Shown here one piece after another: positions 1-8,719 of a DNA stretch of 64,000 nucleotides. Source of the DNA: Candidatus Avilachnospira sp. (GTDB lineage Bacteria > Bacillota > Clostridia > Oscillospirales > Oscillospiraceae). Each line of letters starts with the position of its first letter. Positions within the stretch are counted from its first letter, which is position 1. The stretch spans positions 4,724-68,723 of the forward strand of contig JAZNLL010000027.1 of assembly GCA_045579045.1 (NCBI GenBank), read 5' to 3'. Under the pieces are notes generated by a model. That model did not search any database. It was not told the DNA's origin and was given only the letters and a program-made list of their open reading frames with translations. The position numbers and the translations under genes were made by a program.

Positions 1-114
1 AGGGCCGAGATTGGTGTTATGTACAGCGATAATAGCCTTCAGACCGGCCTTCTCGTTGTTGACAAACAGAACTTTCTCGTGGCGGTAGTTGCTCATTTCA
101 GTCATTGCATTCAT
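1..114 (-). CDS. Leu/Val-type (Glu/Leu/Phe/Val family) amino-acid dehydrogenase, first 38 codons only (gene runs off the window)
   Basis: Not in ORF track because truncated. Reverse-strand ATG at 114 preceded by GGAGG. Translation MNAMTEMSNYRHEKVLFVNNEKAGLKAIIAVHNTNLGP resembles the conserved leucine dehydrogenase N-terminus (GLKAIIA-H-T-LGP). Lies 38 nt downstream of the OFOR gamma gene on the same strand. Confidence 0.65.
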   Translation of the reverse strand, partial: MNAMTEMSNYRHEKVLFVNNEKAGLKAIIAVHNTNLGP

Positions 115-152
115 AATATAAAACCTCCAAAATATAAATTGGGTTTTCGAAC

Positions 153-689
153 TTAGTGATATTCTTTACCCATCGTCAGAGCCTTCATGTTCAGCTCCAC
201 GAGAGCAGCCTTCTTGGGGGGAACCATGCTGCTGACAACAGCTTCTGTGCCTTCAAAGGACAGCTCGCTGCTATTCTGCAGCACATGACCCACAAGGATC
301 ATATTGGCAAGGGTGGCAATGCCTTCATCTTTTGCCATCTGGGTGGCAGGAATGTAGAACACTTCCACGTCGGTACGCTCAACCTTTTCGTTGATCAGGG
401 CACTGTCCACATAGATCTGACCGCCGGGAACAACGGCGTTCACATATTTCTGCAGAGAGGGCAGGTTCATTGCGATCAGCACATCGGGATTGGTGATAAT
501 GGGAGAACCCACAGGGGTCTCAGACAGGATCACGCTGCAGTTGGCGGTGCCGCCTCGCATCTCGGGACCGTAGGAAGGAAGCCAGGAGACCTGCAGATCT
601 TCCTTCAGACCCTTGTAGGCCAGAAACTTACCGGCAAACAGAACACCCTGTCCGCCGAAGCCGGCAATGAGGATTTGCGTCGTTTTCAT
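153..689 (-). CDS. 2-oxoacid:ferredoxin oxidoreductase, gamma subunit
   Basis: 178 aa. N-terminus ILIAGFGGQGVLFAGK and size are typical of the OFOR gamma subunit. Start overlaps the beta stop. Confidence 0.85.
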   Translation of the reverse strand: MKTTQILIAGFGGQGVLFAGKFLAYKGLKEDLQVSWLPSYGPEMRGGTANCSVILSETPVGSPIITNPDVLIAMNLPSLQKYVNAVVPGGQIYVDSALINEKVERTDVEVFYIPATQMAKDEGIATLANMILVGHVLQNSSELSFEGTEAVVSSMVPPKKAALVELNMKALTMGKEYH

Positions 690-1444
690 TACTTTTCCTC
701 CTTTGCAGCACTTCTGTCCTTATAGACACCGATGGGATAATAAGGCAGCATATCACTTTCCACCCACTCCAATGCCTTCTGGGGAGTCATGCCCCAGTTG
801 GTGGGACAGGCAGAGACCACTTCCACCAGAGAGAAGCCCTTGCCCTCGATCTGGTTCTGGAATGCCTTTTTGATGGCCTTCTTGGCATTGTTGACATTCT
901 TCACATTGTTGACTGCCACACGGGTCACATACTCAGGGCCTTCCAGAGTAGCCAGCATCTCGCAGACACGGATGGGCCAACCGCAGTGGTTGACGTCGCG
1001 TCCGTAGGGAGAAGTCTGGGTCACCTGACCGGGCAGGCTGGTGGGAGCCATCTGACCGCCGGTCATGCCGTAAATGGCATTGTTGACGAAGATGACGGTG
1101 ATATTTTCATTTCTGGCTGCGGAATGGACAGTTTCTGCCATACCGATGGAAGCCAGGTCGCCATCGCCCTGATAGGTAAAGACGATATTTTCGGGACGGC
1201 AGCGCTTGATGCCGGTGGCAACAGCGGGCGCTCTGCCGTGGGGTGCCTCGATCATATCGCAGGCGAAATAATCGTAAGCCATAACGGCACAGCCAACAGG
1301 TGCAACACCGATAGCCTTGCCTTCGATGCCCAGCTCATCGAGAGCTTCAGCGACCAGACGGTGGATAATACCGTGAGGGCAGCCGGGGCAGTAATGGAAG
1401 GGCGCATCCGTCAGGGACTTGGGTTTCTGAAAAACAACTGCCAT
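689..1444 (-). CDS. 2-oxoacid:ferredoxin oxidoreductase, beta (TPP-binding) subunit
   Basis: ORF 689..1492 trimmed to the internal ATG (MAVVFQKPK) at 1444, directly after the alpha stop at 1446. Cys-rich CPGCPHG and GDGD TPP-binding signature. Confidence 0.85.
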   Translation of the reverse strand: MAVVFQKPKSLTDAPFHYCPGCPHGIIHRLVAEALDELGIEGKAIGVAPVGCAVMAYDYFACDMIEAPHGRAPAVATGIKRCRPENIVFTYQGDGDLASIGMAETVHSAARNENITVIFVNNAIYGMTGGQMAPTSLPGQVTQTSPYGRDVNHCGWPIRVCEMLATLEGPEYVTRVAVNNVKNVNNAKKAIKKAFQNQIEGKGFSLVEVVSACPTNWGMTPQKALEWVESDMLPYYPIGVYKDRSAAKEEK

Positions 1445-1445
1445 C

Positions 1446-2507
1446 TCAATACACTCCTTTCTGTGCGTTCCGCAGAGATTCGAGAACCTCATCGGGGCTG
1501 GGGATCATGCCGCCTGCACGGTTGCACAGACCAACGGGCTTCTTACAGTCGGTGGCCAGACGGACATCTTCGATCATCTGACCCATGCTCAGCTCCACGC
1601 TGACAAAGCCATTGACCTTCTCTGCTGCTGCAGCCAGAGCCTTCTTGGGGAAGGGCCACAGAGTGATGGGACGGATCAGACCGGCCTTGATGCCCTCTGC
1701 TCTTGCAGCAACAACTGCGTTCTTTGCCACGCGGGAAGCAATACCGAAGGCCACGACGCAGATTTCGGCATCTTCCATCATGTACTCTTCCCACATAGGC
1801 TCGTTCTCTTCCACAACGGCATACTTTTCAAACCGTTCGAAGTTCTTGGCTTCCAGCTCATCGGGCTTGAGGTACAGAGAGTTGACGATGTTGTGCTTTC
1901 TGGCGCACTCGGTACCGGTCAGAGCCCAGGGCTTTTCATAGGTATTGACTTCAGCATCCTCGAAGGAGATGGGCTCCATCATCTGACCGATGGTGCCGTC
2001 TGCCAAAATCATAGAAATCATGTTGTATTTATCAGCCAGATCAAAACCCTTGATGGTCAGACTGGCCATTTCCTGCACGGAGGCAGGTGCCAGAACGATC
2101 ATTCTGTAGTCGCCGTGACCGCCGCCCTTGGTGGCCTGGAAGTAATCGGACTGAGAAGGCTGGATGCCGCCCAGACCGGGGCCGCCGCGCTGGACATTGA
2201 CCACGAATGCGGGAACATCGGAACCGGCGATATAGCTGAGGCCTTCAGCCTTCAAAGAGATACCGGGGCTGGAGGAAGAGGTCATGACACGGGTGCCGGT
2301 AGCGGCTGCGCCGTAGACCATGTTGATAGATGCGATCTCACTTTCCGCCTGCAGGAACACACCGCCGATCTTGGGCAGCTTCTTTGCCATATAAGCAGCG
2401 ATCTCTGTCTGAGGGGTAATGGGATAGCCAAAGTAGTGACGGCAACCGGCACGGATGGCCGCTTCGGCGATGGCCTCGTTGCCTTTCATAAGTACGCGTT
2501 CTGCCAT
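1446..2507 (-). CDS. 2-oxoacid:ferredoxin oxidoreductase, alpha subunit
   Basis: 353 aa. [30 protein letters not shown] is the canonical POR/KOR/VOR alpha N-terminus. Confidence 0.85.
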   Translation of the reverse strand: MAERVLMKGNEAIAEAAIRAGCRHYFGYPITPQTEIAAYMAKKLPKIGGVFLQAESEIASINMVYGAAATGTRVMTSSSSPGISLKAEGLSYIAGSDVPAFVVNVQRGGPGLGGIQPSQSDYFQATKGGGHGDYRMIVLAPASVQEMASLTIKGFDLADKYNMISMILADGTIGQMMEPISFEDAEVNTYEKPWALTGTECARKHNIVNSLYLKPDELEAKNFERFEKYAVVEENEPMWEEYMMEDAEICVVAFGIASRVAKNAVVAARAEGIKAGLIRPITLWPFPKKALAAAAEKVNGFVSVELSMGQMIEDVRLATDCKKPVGLCNRAGGMIPSPDEVLESLRNAQKGVY

Positions 2508-2519
2508 AATTTGACCTCC

Positions 2520-2726
2520 TTACTTTTCCACGGTGATGATGCAGTCGGGGCACATGGTGGCACAGAAACCACAACCGACGCAGCTTTCTGCATCCTTCAT
2601 CACGGCCGGGGAATAACCCTTTTTGTTGATGGATCCGGTGTCGATGGTCAGACAGCCCTTCTTACAGGCGCTGACACACAGGCCGCAGCCTTTGCACAGA
2701 TCGGTGTTGAATGTGAGCTTTGGCAT
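2520..2726 (-). CDS. 2-oxoacid:ferredoxin oxidoreductase, delta subunit (2x[4Fe-4S] ferredoxin)
   Basis: 68 aa with two CxxCxxCxxxC(P) motifs (CKGCGLCVSAC, CVGCGFCATMCP). AGGAGG RBS upstream. Confidence 0.8.
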   Translation of the reverse strand: MPKLTFNTDLCKGCGLCVSACKKGCLTIDTGSINKKGYSPAVMKDAESCVGCGFCATMCPDCIITVEK

Positions 2727-2746
2727 TCTAATTCCTCCTAAACTGA

Positions 2747-3412
2747 TTACGTAGGTAAATCAAAATATTTTTCCTGCAGTTCCATGGAAAGCACAAGGCC
2801 GTCCAGTTTTCGGGCAACTTCTGCGGTTGCTGCATGCATCCACAGGGGCAGACCGGACAAACGGCAGAGGGAATTCAGTTTCTCTCCGGCACCGGTGACC
2901 GTTTCACAGGTGGTCTCCGGACCCAGATTGGTGTTGTGTACGATGCAGGTGAACTTCATTCCGCAGGCAGCTTCGATCTCACGCATCACTTCCAGGGCTT
3001 CTTCCGCCGTGGTTGTCAGAGGACGGCAGAAGTTGACCACAAAGGCCATGCGATAGTTATTCTCCTCCAGAATGAAGGGGGTAAATCTGCCAAGGGCATA
3101 GGCACCACGGTCATCGCCGCCGATGTCCATAACACCGTAGGTGCTTTGATCCTGCACCAAGCGGTAGCTCTCAGCAGGCAATGCCGGCAGATCCACATTG
3201 GTATTGGCAAACTTGGGAGAGATCAGATCCACACCGGCCTGCTCCAGCACCTTGGCGCTGTCCTTGGTGCGGAAATAGGGATTGACGATATCCAGATCGG
3301 CAATGCAGACCTTCTTCCCCTCCCCTGCCAGCTGCAGGGCATAGTTGACGGCAATGTTGGTCTTGCCGCTGCCATAATGACCTGCGAACAGAGTCAGTCG
3401 TTTGTGTTCCAT
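2747..3412 (-). CDS. P-loop NTPase (MinD/ParA/CooC-like), function unknown
   Basis: Walker A GHYGSGKTNIAV near the N-terminus and DLD Walker-B-like segment. ATG at 3412 (alternative GTG at 3418) abuts or overlaps the upstream synthetase stop (3415..3417). Confidence 0.6.
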   Translation of the reverse strand: MEHKRLTLFAGHYGSGKTNIAVNYALQLAGEGKKVCIADLDIVNPYFRTKDSAKVLEQAGVDLISPKFANTNVDLPALPAESYRLVQDQSTYGVMDIGGDDRGAYALGRFTPFILEENNYRMAFVVNFCRPLTTTAEEALEVMREIEAACGMKFTCIVHNTNLGPETTCETVTGAGEKLNSLCRLSGLPLWMHAATAEVARKLDGLVLSMELQEKYFDLPT

Positions 3413-3414
3413 GA

Positions 3415-5703
3415 TCACAGCTGCTTTCTGATAATTTTACCGCTGGTGGTCTTGGGAAGGCTTTCCCGGAACTCCACGATACGGGGATACTTATAAGGAG
3501 CGGTTCTGCGCTTGACGTAGTCCTGGATCTCCTTTTTCAGCTCGTCGGTACCCTTGAAGTCCTTCACCAGCACAATGCTGGCCTTGACCACCTGACCGCG
3601 AACCTCATCGGGAGCAGCGGAAACACCACATTCCAGAACATAAGGCAGTTCCATGATGACATTTTCGATTTCGAAGGGTCCGATGCGATAGCCGGAGGAC
3701 TTGATGACATCGTCCACACGACCCACATACCAGAAGAAGCCGTCCTCGTCCTTCCACGCCAGATCGCCGGTATGGTAGAAACCGTCGCGCCAGGTTTCTG
3801 CGGTGACCTCCGGGTTGCCCTCGTAGGCATAGCTGAGGCCGCAGGGCAGACCCTTGGAAATATCGATACAAATTTCGCCGTTTTCACCGACACCCACTTC
3901 GTTGCCATCGGCATCCAGCAGATGCACATCGTACAGGGGCACGGGCTTACCCATGGAGCCGATCTTGTGGCTGGAACCGGTCAGGTTACCGATGATCAGC
4001 GTGCTTTCGGACTGTCCGAAACCTTCCATGATCTCCAGACCTGTTGCCTTCTGGAACTGGCGGAAGACCTCCGGGTTCAGCGCTTCGCCGGCGATGGAGG
4101 CATGCTCGATGGAGCTGAGATCGAAGCGGCTCAGATCCTGCTTGATCAGCATGCGGTACATGGTAGGCGGTGCGCAGAAAGTAGTGATGCCGTACTTCTT
4201 GAACAGAGGCAAAATCTTCTCTGCATCGAACCGGTCAAAGTCATAGACAAAGATGGCAGCTTCGCACAGCCACTGGCCATAGAGCTTGCCCCACAGGGAC
4301 TTTGCCCAGCCTGTATCGGAGATGGTCAGGTGCAAGCCATCGGGATTGACCTGATGCCAATACTTGGCGGTGATAAAATGACCCAGCGGGTATTTATAGT
4401 TATGTGCAGCCATTTTGGGATAGCCGGAAGTGCCGGAAGTAAAGAACATCAGCATGGGATCGGAGCCGCAGGGGGCATCCTCCGCTCTTGCAAAATTGCT
4501 GTTGTACATGGTGTATTCTTCGTTAAAGTCGTGCCAGCCTTCCCGGCTGCCGCCGACCATGATCTTCAATGCCAGATCGGGACAAACTGCCGCAGCGGCA
4601 TCCACCTCGGAAGCAACATCGCCGTCAGCCGTACAGACAACGGCTTTTACCTTACCTGCCGTAAAGCGATAGGAGAAATCCTTTTCCTGCAGCTGATTGG
4701 TGGCAGGAATGACCACAGCACCCAGCTTGTGCAGACCCAGAATGGAGAACCAGAACTGATAGTGACGCTTCAGCACCAGCATGACGCGGTCGCCGCGCTT
4801 GATGCCCAGCGCCTTAAAGTAGTTGGCAGCTCTGGCGGATTCCTTTTTGATATCCTTGAAGGTGAAGCGGCGCTCGGTGCCATCCTCGCTCAGATGGAGC
4901 ATCGCCAGCTTTTCCGGCTTCCGCTCTGCCAGCGCATCCACCACATCAAAGGCAAAGTTGAACTTCTCTTCGTTCTTGAAATCAATGGCGGTCAGCTTGC
5001 CATCGGTTTCGGTGGGAATGATGAAGTCGCGGTAGATACGACCCTGATCGTCTTCCCGATGGGACTGACGGACAGGCTTGGCCTCTGTGGCAGCCTGCTC
5101 TTCCATTCTGGCTGCCTGATTGCGCAGAACAATGGCATAGAAGGAGCAGTCCTCACCGTCTACGGCGATCATACCGTGAGGAGTGGAGGAATCGTAGTAA
5201 ATACAGTCACCGGCACGGAGGACTTCCGTATGGCCGCCGATCTGGATGCGCATGCTGCCACTGATGACGATATCACATTCCTGACCTTCATGGGTCACCA
5301 GTTCGATATCTTCATACTCGGCACCGGGACGGTAGTTCAGTTCCATATACAGGGGCAGTGCAATACGGTTGCGGAAGTCTGCTGCCAGGTTGTAGCCCAC
5401 CATATGGTGTGCTTCTTCGATGCGCTGGCCCATGCCCTTTCGAGTCAGAGCATAAGAACGAAGCTTGGGGCTTCGGCCTTCCAGCAGGTCGCTCATATCA
5501 ACGCCAAAAGAAAGGCTGCAATGATACAGGAATGCAATGCTGAGGTTCTGGTTGCCGCTTTCGCACTGCAAGTATTCTTCCACGCTCACGCCGACGCGGG
5601 AAGCCATTTCCTCCACGGTAATACCGGTGATCTCACGAAGTTCGCGAATTCTATCGGCAGTTTCCTTTATTTTATAAGTCATGCCGGTCATGTTCTGTTC
5701 CAT
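3415..5703 (-). CDS. XRE-HTH + cupin + AMP-dependent acyl-CoA synthetase fusion (paralog 1)
   Basis: ORF 3415..5739 trimmed to ATG 5703 (MEQNMTG, GAGGTG RBS). Residues ~10-70 form an HTH_3-like segment (IRELREITGITVEEMASRVGVSVEEY). Residues ~120-200 are cupin-like (GQECDIVISGSMRIQIGGHTEVLRAGDCIYYDSSTPHG). The remaining ~540 aa are an AMP-binding enzyme (FFTSGTSGYPK, YHTGD, SGKIIR). Confidence 0.8.
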   Translation of the reverse strand: MEQNMTGMTYKIKETADRIRELREITGITVEEMASRVGVSVEEYLQCESGNQNLSIAFLYHCSLSFGVDMSDLLEGRSPKLRSYALTRKGMGQRIEEAHHMVGYNLAADFRNRIALPLYMELNYRPGAEYEDIELVTHEGQECDIVISGSMRIQIGGHTEVLRAGDCIYYDSSTPHGMIAVDGEDCSFYAIVLRNQAARMEEQAATEAKPVRQSHREDDQGRIYRDFIIPTETDGKLTAIDFKNEEKFNFAFDVVDALAERKPEKLAMLHLSEDGTERRFTFKDIKKESARAANYFKALGIKRGDRVMLVLKRHYQFWFSILGLHKLGAVVIPATNQLQEKDFSYRFTAGKVKAVVCTADGDVASEVDAAAAVCPDLALKIMVGGSREGWHDFNEEYTMYNSNFARAEDAPCGSDPMLMFFTSGTSGYPKMAAHNYKYPLGHFITAKYWHQVNPDGLHLTISDTGWAKSLWGKLYGQWLCEAAIFVYDFDRFDAEKILPLFKKYGITTFCAPPTMYRMLIKQDLSRFDLSSIEHASIAGEALNPEVFRQFQKATGLEIMEGFGQSESTLIIGNLTGSSHKIGSMGKPVPLYDVHLLDADGNEVGVGENGEICIDISKGLPCGLSYAYEGNPEVTAETWRDGFYHTGDLAWKDEDGFFWYVGRVDDVIKSSGYRIGPFEIENVIMELPYVLECGVSAAPDEVRGQVVKASIVLVKDFKGTDELKKEIQDYVKRRTAPYKYPRIVEFRESLPKTTSGKIIRKQL

Positions 5704-5721
5704 AATACACCTCAATAAAGG

Positions 5722-5996
5722 CAAAAAAGCCCGTCTCAAAGATTGATTCCTTGAGACGAGCTGTGATTCTTAGCCCGCGGTACCACTCAAATTGCATTTG
5801 CCTCACGGCAAATACCACTCATTGGGTGCCAACACACCCTAAGCACTGACGCAGCTGACGCGTGGAGGTTCTACGGCAAACGCTTTCTTCCTCCCGGCTC
5901 CGGAGCGACAAACTGCAGTTCCTACCATGGCTTGCACCAACCGCCAATTCTCTGAGGCAGAACTTCCGCTGTTTTTCTCCATCCTCGCTTTTGGAT
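5722..5996 (-). promoter_or_regulatory. T-box leader, specifier read as GUC (Val), with its promoter just upstream
   Basis: Promoter: -35 TTGACA (6031..6026), 17 nt, -10 TATGAT (6008..6003). AG bulge AGAGAA plus distal loop GGUUGGUGCAA. T-box core AAUUUGAGUGGUACCGCGGG (5793..5774). Terminator CUCGUCUCAA...UUGAGACGGG + U6 (5760..5723). Specifier GUC at 5909..5907 in the register GAUGGAG...GUC-G-CUCC-GGAG. UGGU bulge implies an A73 tRNA. Confidence 0.85.
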
Positions 5997-6060
5997 GTAG
6001 GAATCATACCACTATTTCAGAAAAATGTCAACACTTAATTCGTTACTGTGCTAAAGTTTA

Positions 6061-8328
6061 TTAGAGCTTATTGCGCTGGATCTTACCGGAGATCGTCTTG
6101 GGCAATTCCGTACGGAACTCCACGATACGGGGATACTTGTAGGGAGCCGTTCTGGTCTTGACGTAGTTCTGGATCTCCTTCTTCATTTCTTCGGTACCTT
6201 CGGTACCGGGAACCAGCACGATACAGGCCTTGACGACCTGACCGCGAACCTCATCGGGGGCAGCACAGACACCGCATTCCAGAACGTAGGGCAGTTCCAT
6301 GATGGTGCTTCCGATCTCGAAGGGCCCGATGCGGTAGCCGGAGGACTTGATGACATCGTCGGCACGTCCGACATACCAGTAGTAGCCATCTTCATCCCGC
6401 CAGGCCACATCGCCCGTATGGTACATACCGTCATGCCAGACATCGTTGGTGGCTTCTTCGTTGCGGTAGTAGCCCAGGAAGACACCGCAGGTGGGCTTGG
6501 GATCGGTACGGATGACGATCTCGCCGTTGATACCATCTTCCACAGGGTTGCCGTCGGCATCCACAATGTCGATGCCGTAGCCGGGAACCGGCTTGCCCAT
6601 GGCACCGGGCTTGATGATGGCGCCATAGAGGTTTGCAATACCCAGAGTCATTTCCGTCTGGCCAAAGCCTTCGTGGATCCGCAGACCCGTCGCCTTTTCG
6701 AACTGATAGAAGACCTCCGGATTCAGTGCCTCACCGGCAGTGGTGGCATGGTGGATGGAGCTGAGATCGTAACCGCTGAGATCCTGCTTGATCAGCATGC
6801 GGTACATAGTGGGAGGTGCGCAGAAGGTGGTGATGTTGTACTTTGCGAACATGGGCAGAATTTTCTCTGCATCAAAGCGGTCAAAGTCGTAGGTAAACAC
6901 AGCACCTTCGCAGAGCCACTGGCCGTAGAGCTTGCCCCACAGTGCCTTGCCCCAGCCGGTTTCGGAGATAGTAAAATGCAGACCGTCACGCTCACACAGA
7001 TGCCAGTACTTGGCAGTGACATAGTGACCCAGGGCATACTTATAGGAATGGGTTGCCATCTTGGGATAGCCGGTGGTACCGGAAGTGAACAGCATCAGCA
7101 TGGGATCGCTGCCGCAGGGAGCATCTTCCTCCCGGACATAGCGACGGGAGAAGAGGCTGTACTCCTGATCGAAATCATGCCAACCTTCTGCCTTGCCGCC
7201 GACCATGATCTTCGTCATGCTCATGCCGGCAGTCTTTTCTGCCAGATCGATCTGACCGGCCGTATTGCCGTCAGCCGTGCAGAGAACTGCACTCACATCT
7301 GCAGCCTGGAAGCGGTACACGAAATCCTTTTCCATCAGCTGATTGGTAGCAGGGATGGCGATGGCACCCAGCTTGTGCAGACCCAGAATGGCGAACCAGA
7401 ACTGGTAATGGCGCTTCAGCACCAGCATGACGCGGTCGCCGCGCTTGATGCCCAGAGACTTGAAGTAGTTGGCGCTCTGGCTGGAAGCATCCTTGAAATC
7501 CTTAAAGGTGAAGCGGCGCTCGGTCATGTCATTGGCGACATGGATCATGGCGAGCTTCTCAGGCTCACGGCGAGCGATGGCATCCACTGTATCAAATGCG
7601 AAGTTATAAGTATCTTCGTCGGAGAAGGTAATATTCTGCAGCGCACCGTTTTCGTCTTCCTGTGCATTGACAAACTTGTCGCACAGCAGCTTCTGCTGAG
7701 ACTTGCCCTTGCGGCTCAAACCGGTATACAGAGGCTGGTCGGTGGTATCAGAAGCCATAATCATGGACAGGAACACGCAGTCCTGACCGTCAATGGCCAG
7801 CTGACCGTGAGGGGTGGAGGACTTGAAGAAGATGCTGTCGCCTTCACGCAGAGTCTCTTCATGGTCCCCGACCTTGATCCGCATAGCACCCTTGATGACC
7901 AGATTGTATTCCTGACCGGCATGGGTAACGGTATGGATGGGCTTATTCTGCAGTTCCTCGGAATATTTGTAGGTAACCCAGTAAGGAGTTGCCAGCTTCT
8001 TGCGGAACATGGGAGCCACGTCCTGAATGATAATGCCATCCTCACTGGCAGTCACCAGACCCTTGCCGCGGCGAGTCACTGTATAGCCGGACAGCTTGGC
8101 GCTGTGGCCTTCCAGCAGAACAGTAATCTCAACACCGAAAACCTTTGCGCACTTATGCAGGAACGTAAAAGGCAGATCCACCGTGCCGGTTTCGTACTGA
8201 CGGTAGCTTTCTTCCGAAACCTCGGTCAGCTCTGCCATCTTCTGAGTGCTGTAACCCAAAATGTCACGCATACCCTGAATACGTGCGGCGATATCCATCA
8301 GCTGTGTTGTGGGATTCATGTTACTCAT
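6061..8328 (-). CDS. XRE-HTH + cupin + AMP-dependent acyl-CoA synthetase fusion (paralog 2)
   Basis: ORF 6061..8505 trimmed to ATG 8328 (MSNMNPTT); the upstream part of the ORF is the T-box leader. Same three-part architecture as 3415..5703 and collinear with it (LFTSGTTGYPK, YHTGD, SGKIQR). Confidence 0.8.
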   Translation of the reverse strand: MSNMNPTTQLMDIAARIQGMRDILGYSTQKMAELTEVSEESYRQYETGTVDLPFTFLHKCAKVFGVEITVLLEGHSAKLSGYTVTRRGKGLVTASEDGIIIQDVAPMFRKKLATPYWVTYKYSEELQNKPIHTVTHAGQEYNLVIKGAMRIKVGDHEETLREGDSIFFKSSTPHGQLAIDGQDCVFLSMIMASDTTDQPLYTGLSRKGKSQQKLLCDKFVNAQEDENGALQNITFSDEDTYNFAFDTVDAIARREPEKLAMIHVANDMTERRFTFKDFKDASSQSANYFKSLGIKRGDRVMLVLKRHYQFWFAILGLHKLGAIAIPATNQLMEKDFVYRFQAADVSAVLCTADGNTAGQIDLAEKTAGMSMTKIMVGGKAEGWHDFDQEYSLFSRRYVREEDAPCGSDPMLMLFTSGTTGYPKMATHSYKYALGHYVTAKYWHLCERDGLHFTISETGWGKALWGKLYGQWLCEGAVFTYDFDRFDAEKILPMFAKYNITTFCAPPTMYRMLIKQDLSGYDLSSIHHATTAGEALNPEVFYQFEKATGLRIHEGFGQTEMTLGIANLYGAIIKPGAMGKPVPGYGIDIVDADGNPVEDGINGEIVIRTDPKPTCGVFLGYYRNEEATNDVWHDGMYHTGDVAWRDEDGYYWYVGRADDVIKSSGYRIGPFEIGSTIMELPYVLECGVCAAPDEVRGQVVKACIVLVPGTEGTEEMKKEIQNYVKTRTAPYKYPRIVEFRTELPKTISGKIQRNKL

Positions 8329-8349
8329 TACTTTCAACCCTTTCTGGAA

Positions 8350-8612
8350 AATAAAAAAACGCCTCAAGAATTTCTTCTTGAGACGAGTCATTCTATACCC
8401 GCGGTACCACTCAAATTGCAGCCGTAGCTGCCACTTCAGACTCCAATAAGTCCTATCCCTTAACGCGGGCAAACGGGAAAGCCTGGCAGCATCTGCTCGG
8501 CTCACCGGCTCGGAAGTGATGGGCTTTCGGGCAACAAACCGTCGACTCGCACCAACCGTCGACTCTCTGAAGATTCATACACCTAGCCGTCTTCGTCACA
8601 GCCTTTTTCGAT
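8350..8612 (-). promoter_or_regulatory. T-box leader, specifier read as AUC (Ile), with its promoter just upstream
   Basis: Promoter: -35 TTGACA (8649..8644), 17 nt, -10 TAGATT (8626..8621). K-turn/base GACGAAG, AG bulge AGAGAG, distal loop GGUUGGUGCGA. Specifier AUC at 8520..8518 in the register AUC-A-CUUC-CGAG, identical to the thrS leader. T-box core (8417..8398). Terminator hairpin + U7 (8388..8353). Confidence 0.85.
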
Positions 8613-8719
8613 ATGCCCATAATCTACCACATTTCTTTTTCCTTGTCAATTCTTTTTTTGTTTAAAGCGAAAGAATTTTTCTTCTTGACAAATTGCAAGG
8701 TTTGTGATTAAATGCTTTC

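Noticed and set aside
3772-5718. 648-aa ORF on the plus strand, and similar long antisense ORFs. These are 6418..8427, 8933..10429, 10765..11673, 11875..12939, 18831..20213, 21310..22968, 27831..29051, 30264..33026, 33806..35656, 36048..37133, 37764..39080, 39247..41310, 42043..43041, 43181..44488, 45965..47293, 48905..49942, 51431..52588, 52828..54489, 55384..56817 and 59478..60572.
   Set aside because: Each lies fully antisense to a gene with clear family motifs. Their products are low-complexity (Gly/His/Gln/Asp-rich) with no recognisable motif or RBS. Open shadow frames like these are typical of GC-rich coding DNA.
5704-5739. N-terminal extensions of ORFs 3415..5739, 6061..8505 and 49061..51055 into upstream sequence.
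   Set aside because: The extensions run through T-box terminators and cores, and they have no RBS. Internal ATGs with good Shine-Dalgarno sequences directly follow the leaders.
5911-5916. UGC (Cys) as specifier of the first T-box. UGC also appears near the specifier position in the other two leaders.
   Set aside because: All three leaders have a UGGU T-box bulge, which pairs with an A73 discriminator, whereas tRNA-Cys normally has U73. The register set by the thrS leader puts GUC, AUC and CUG directly before the basal 4-bp stem.
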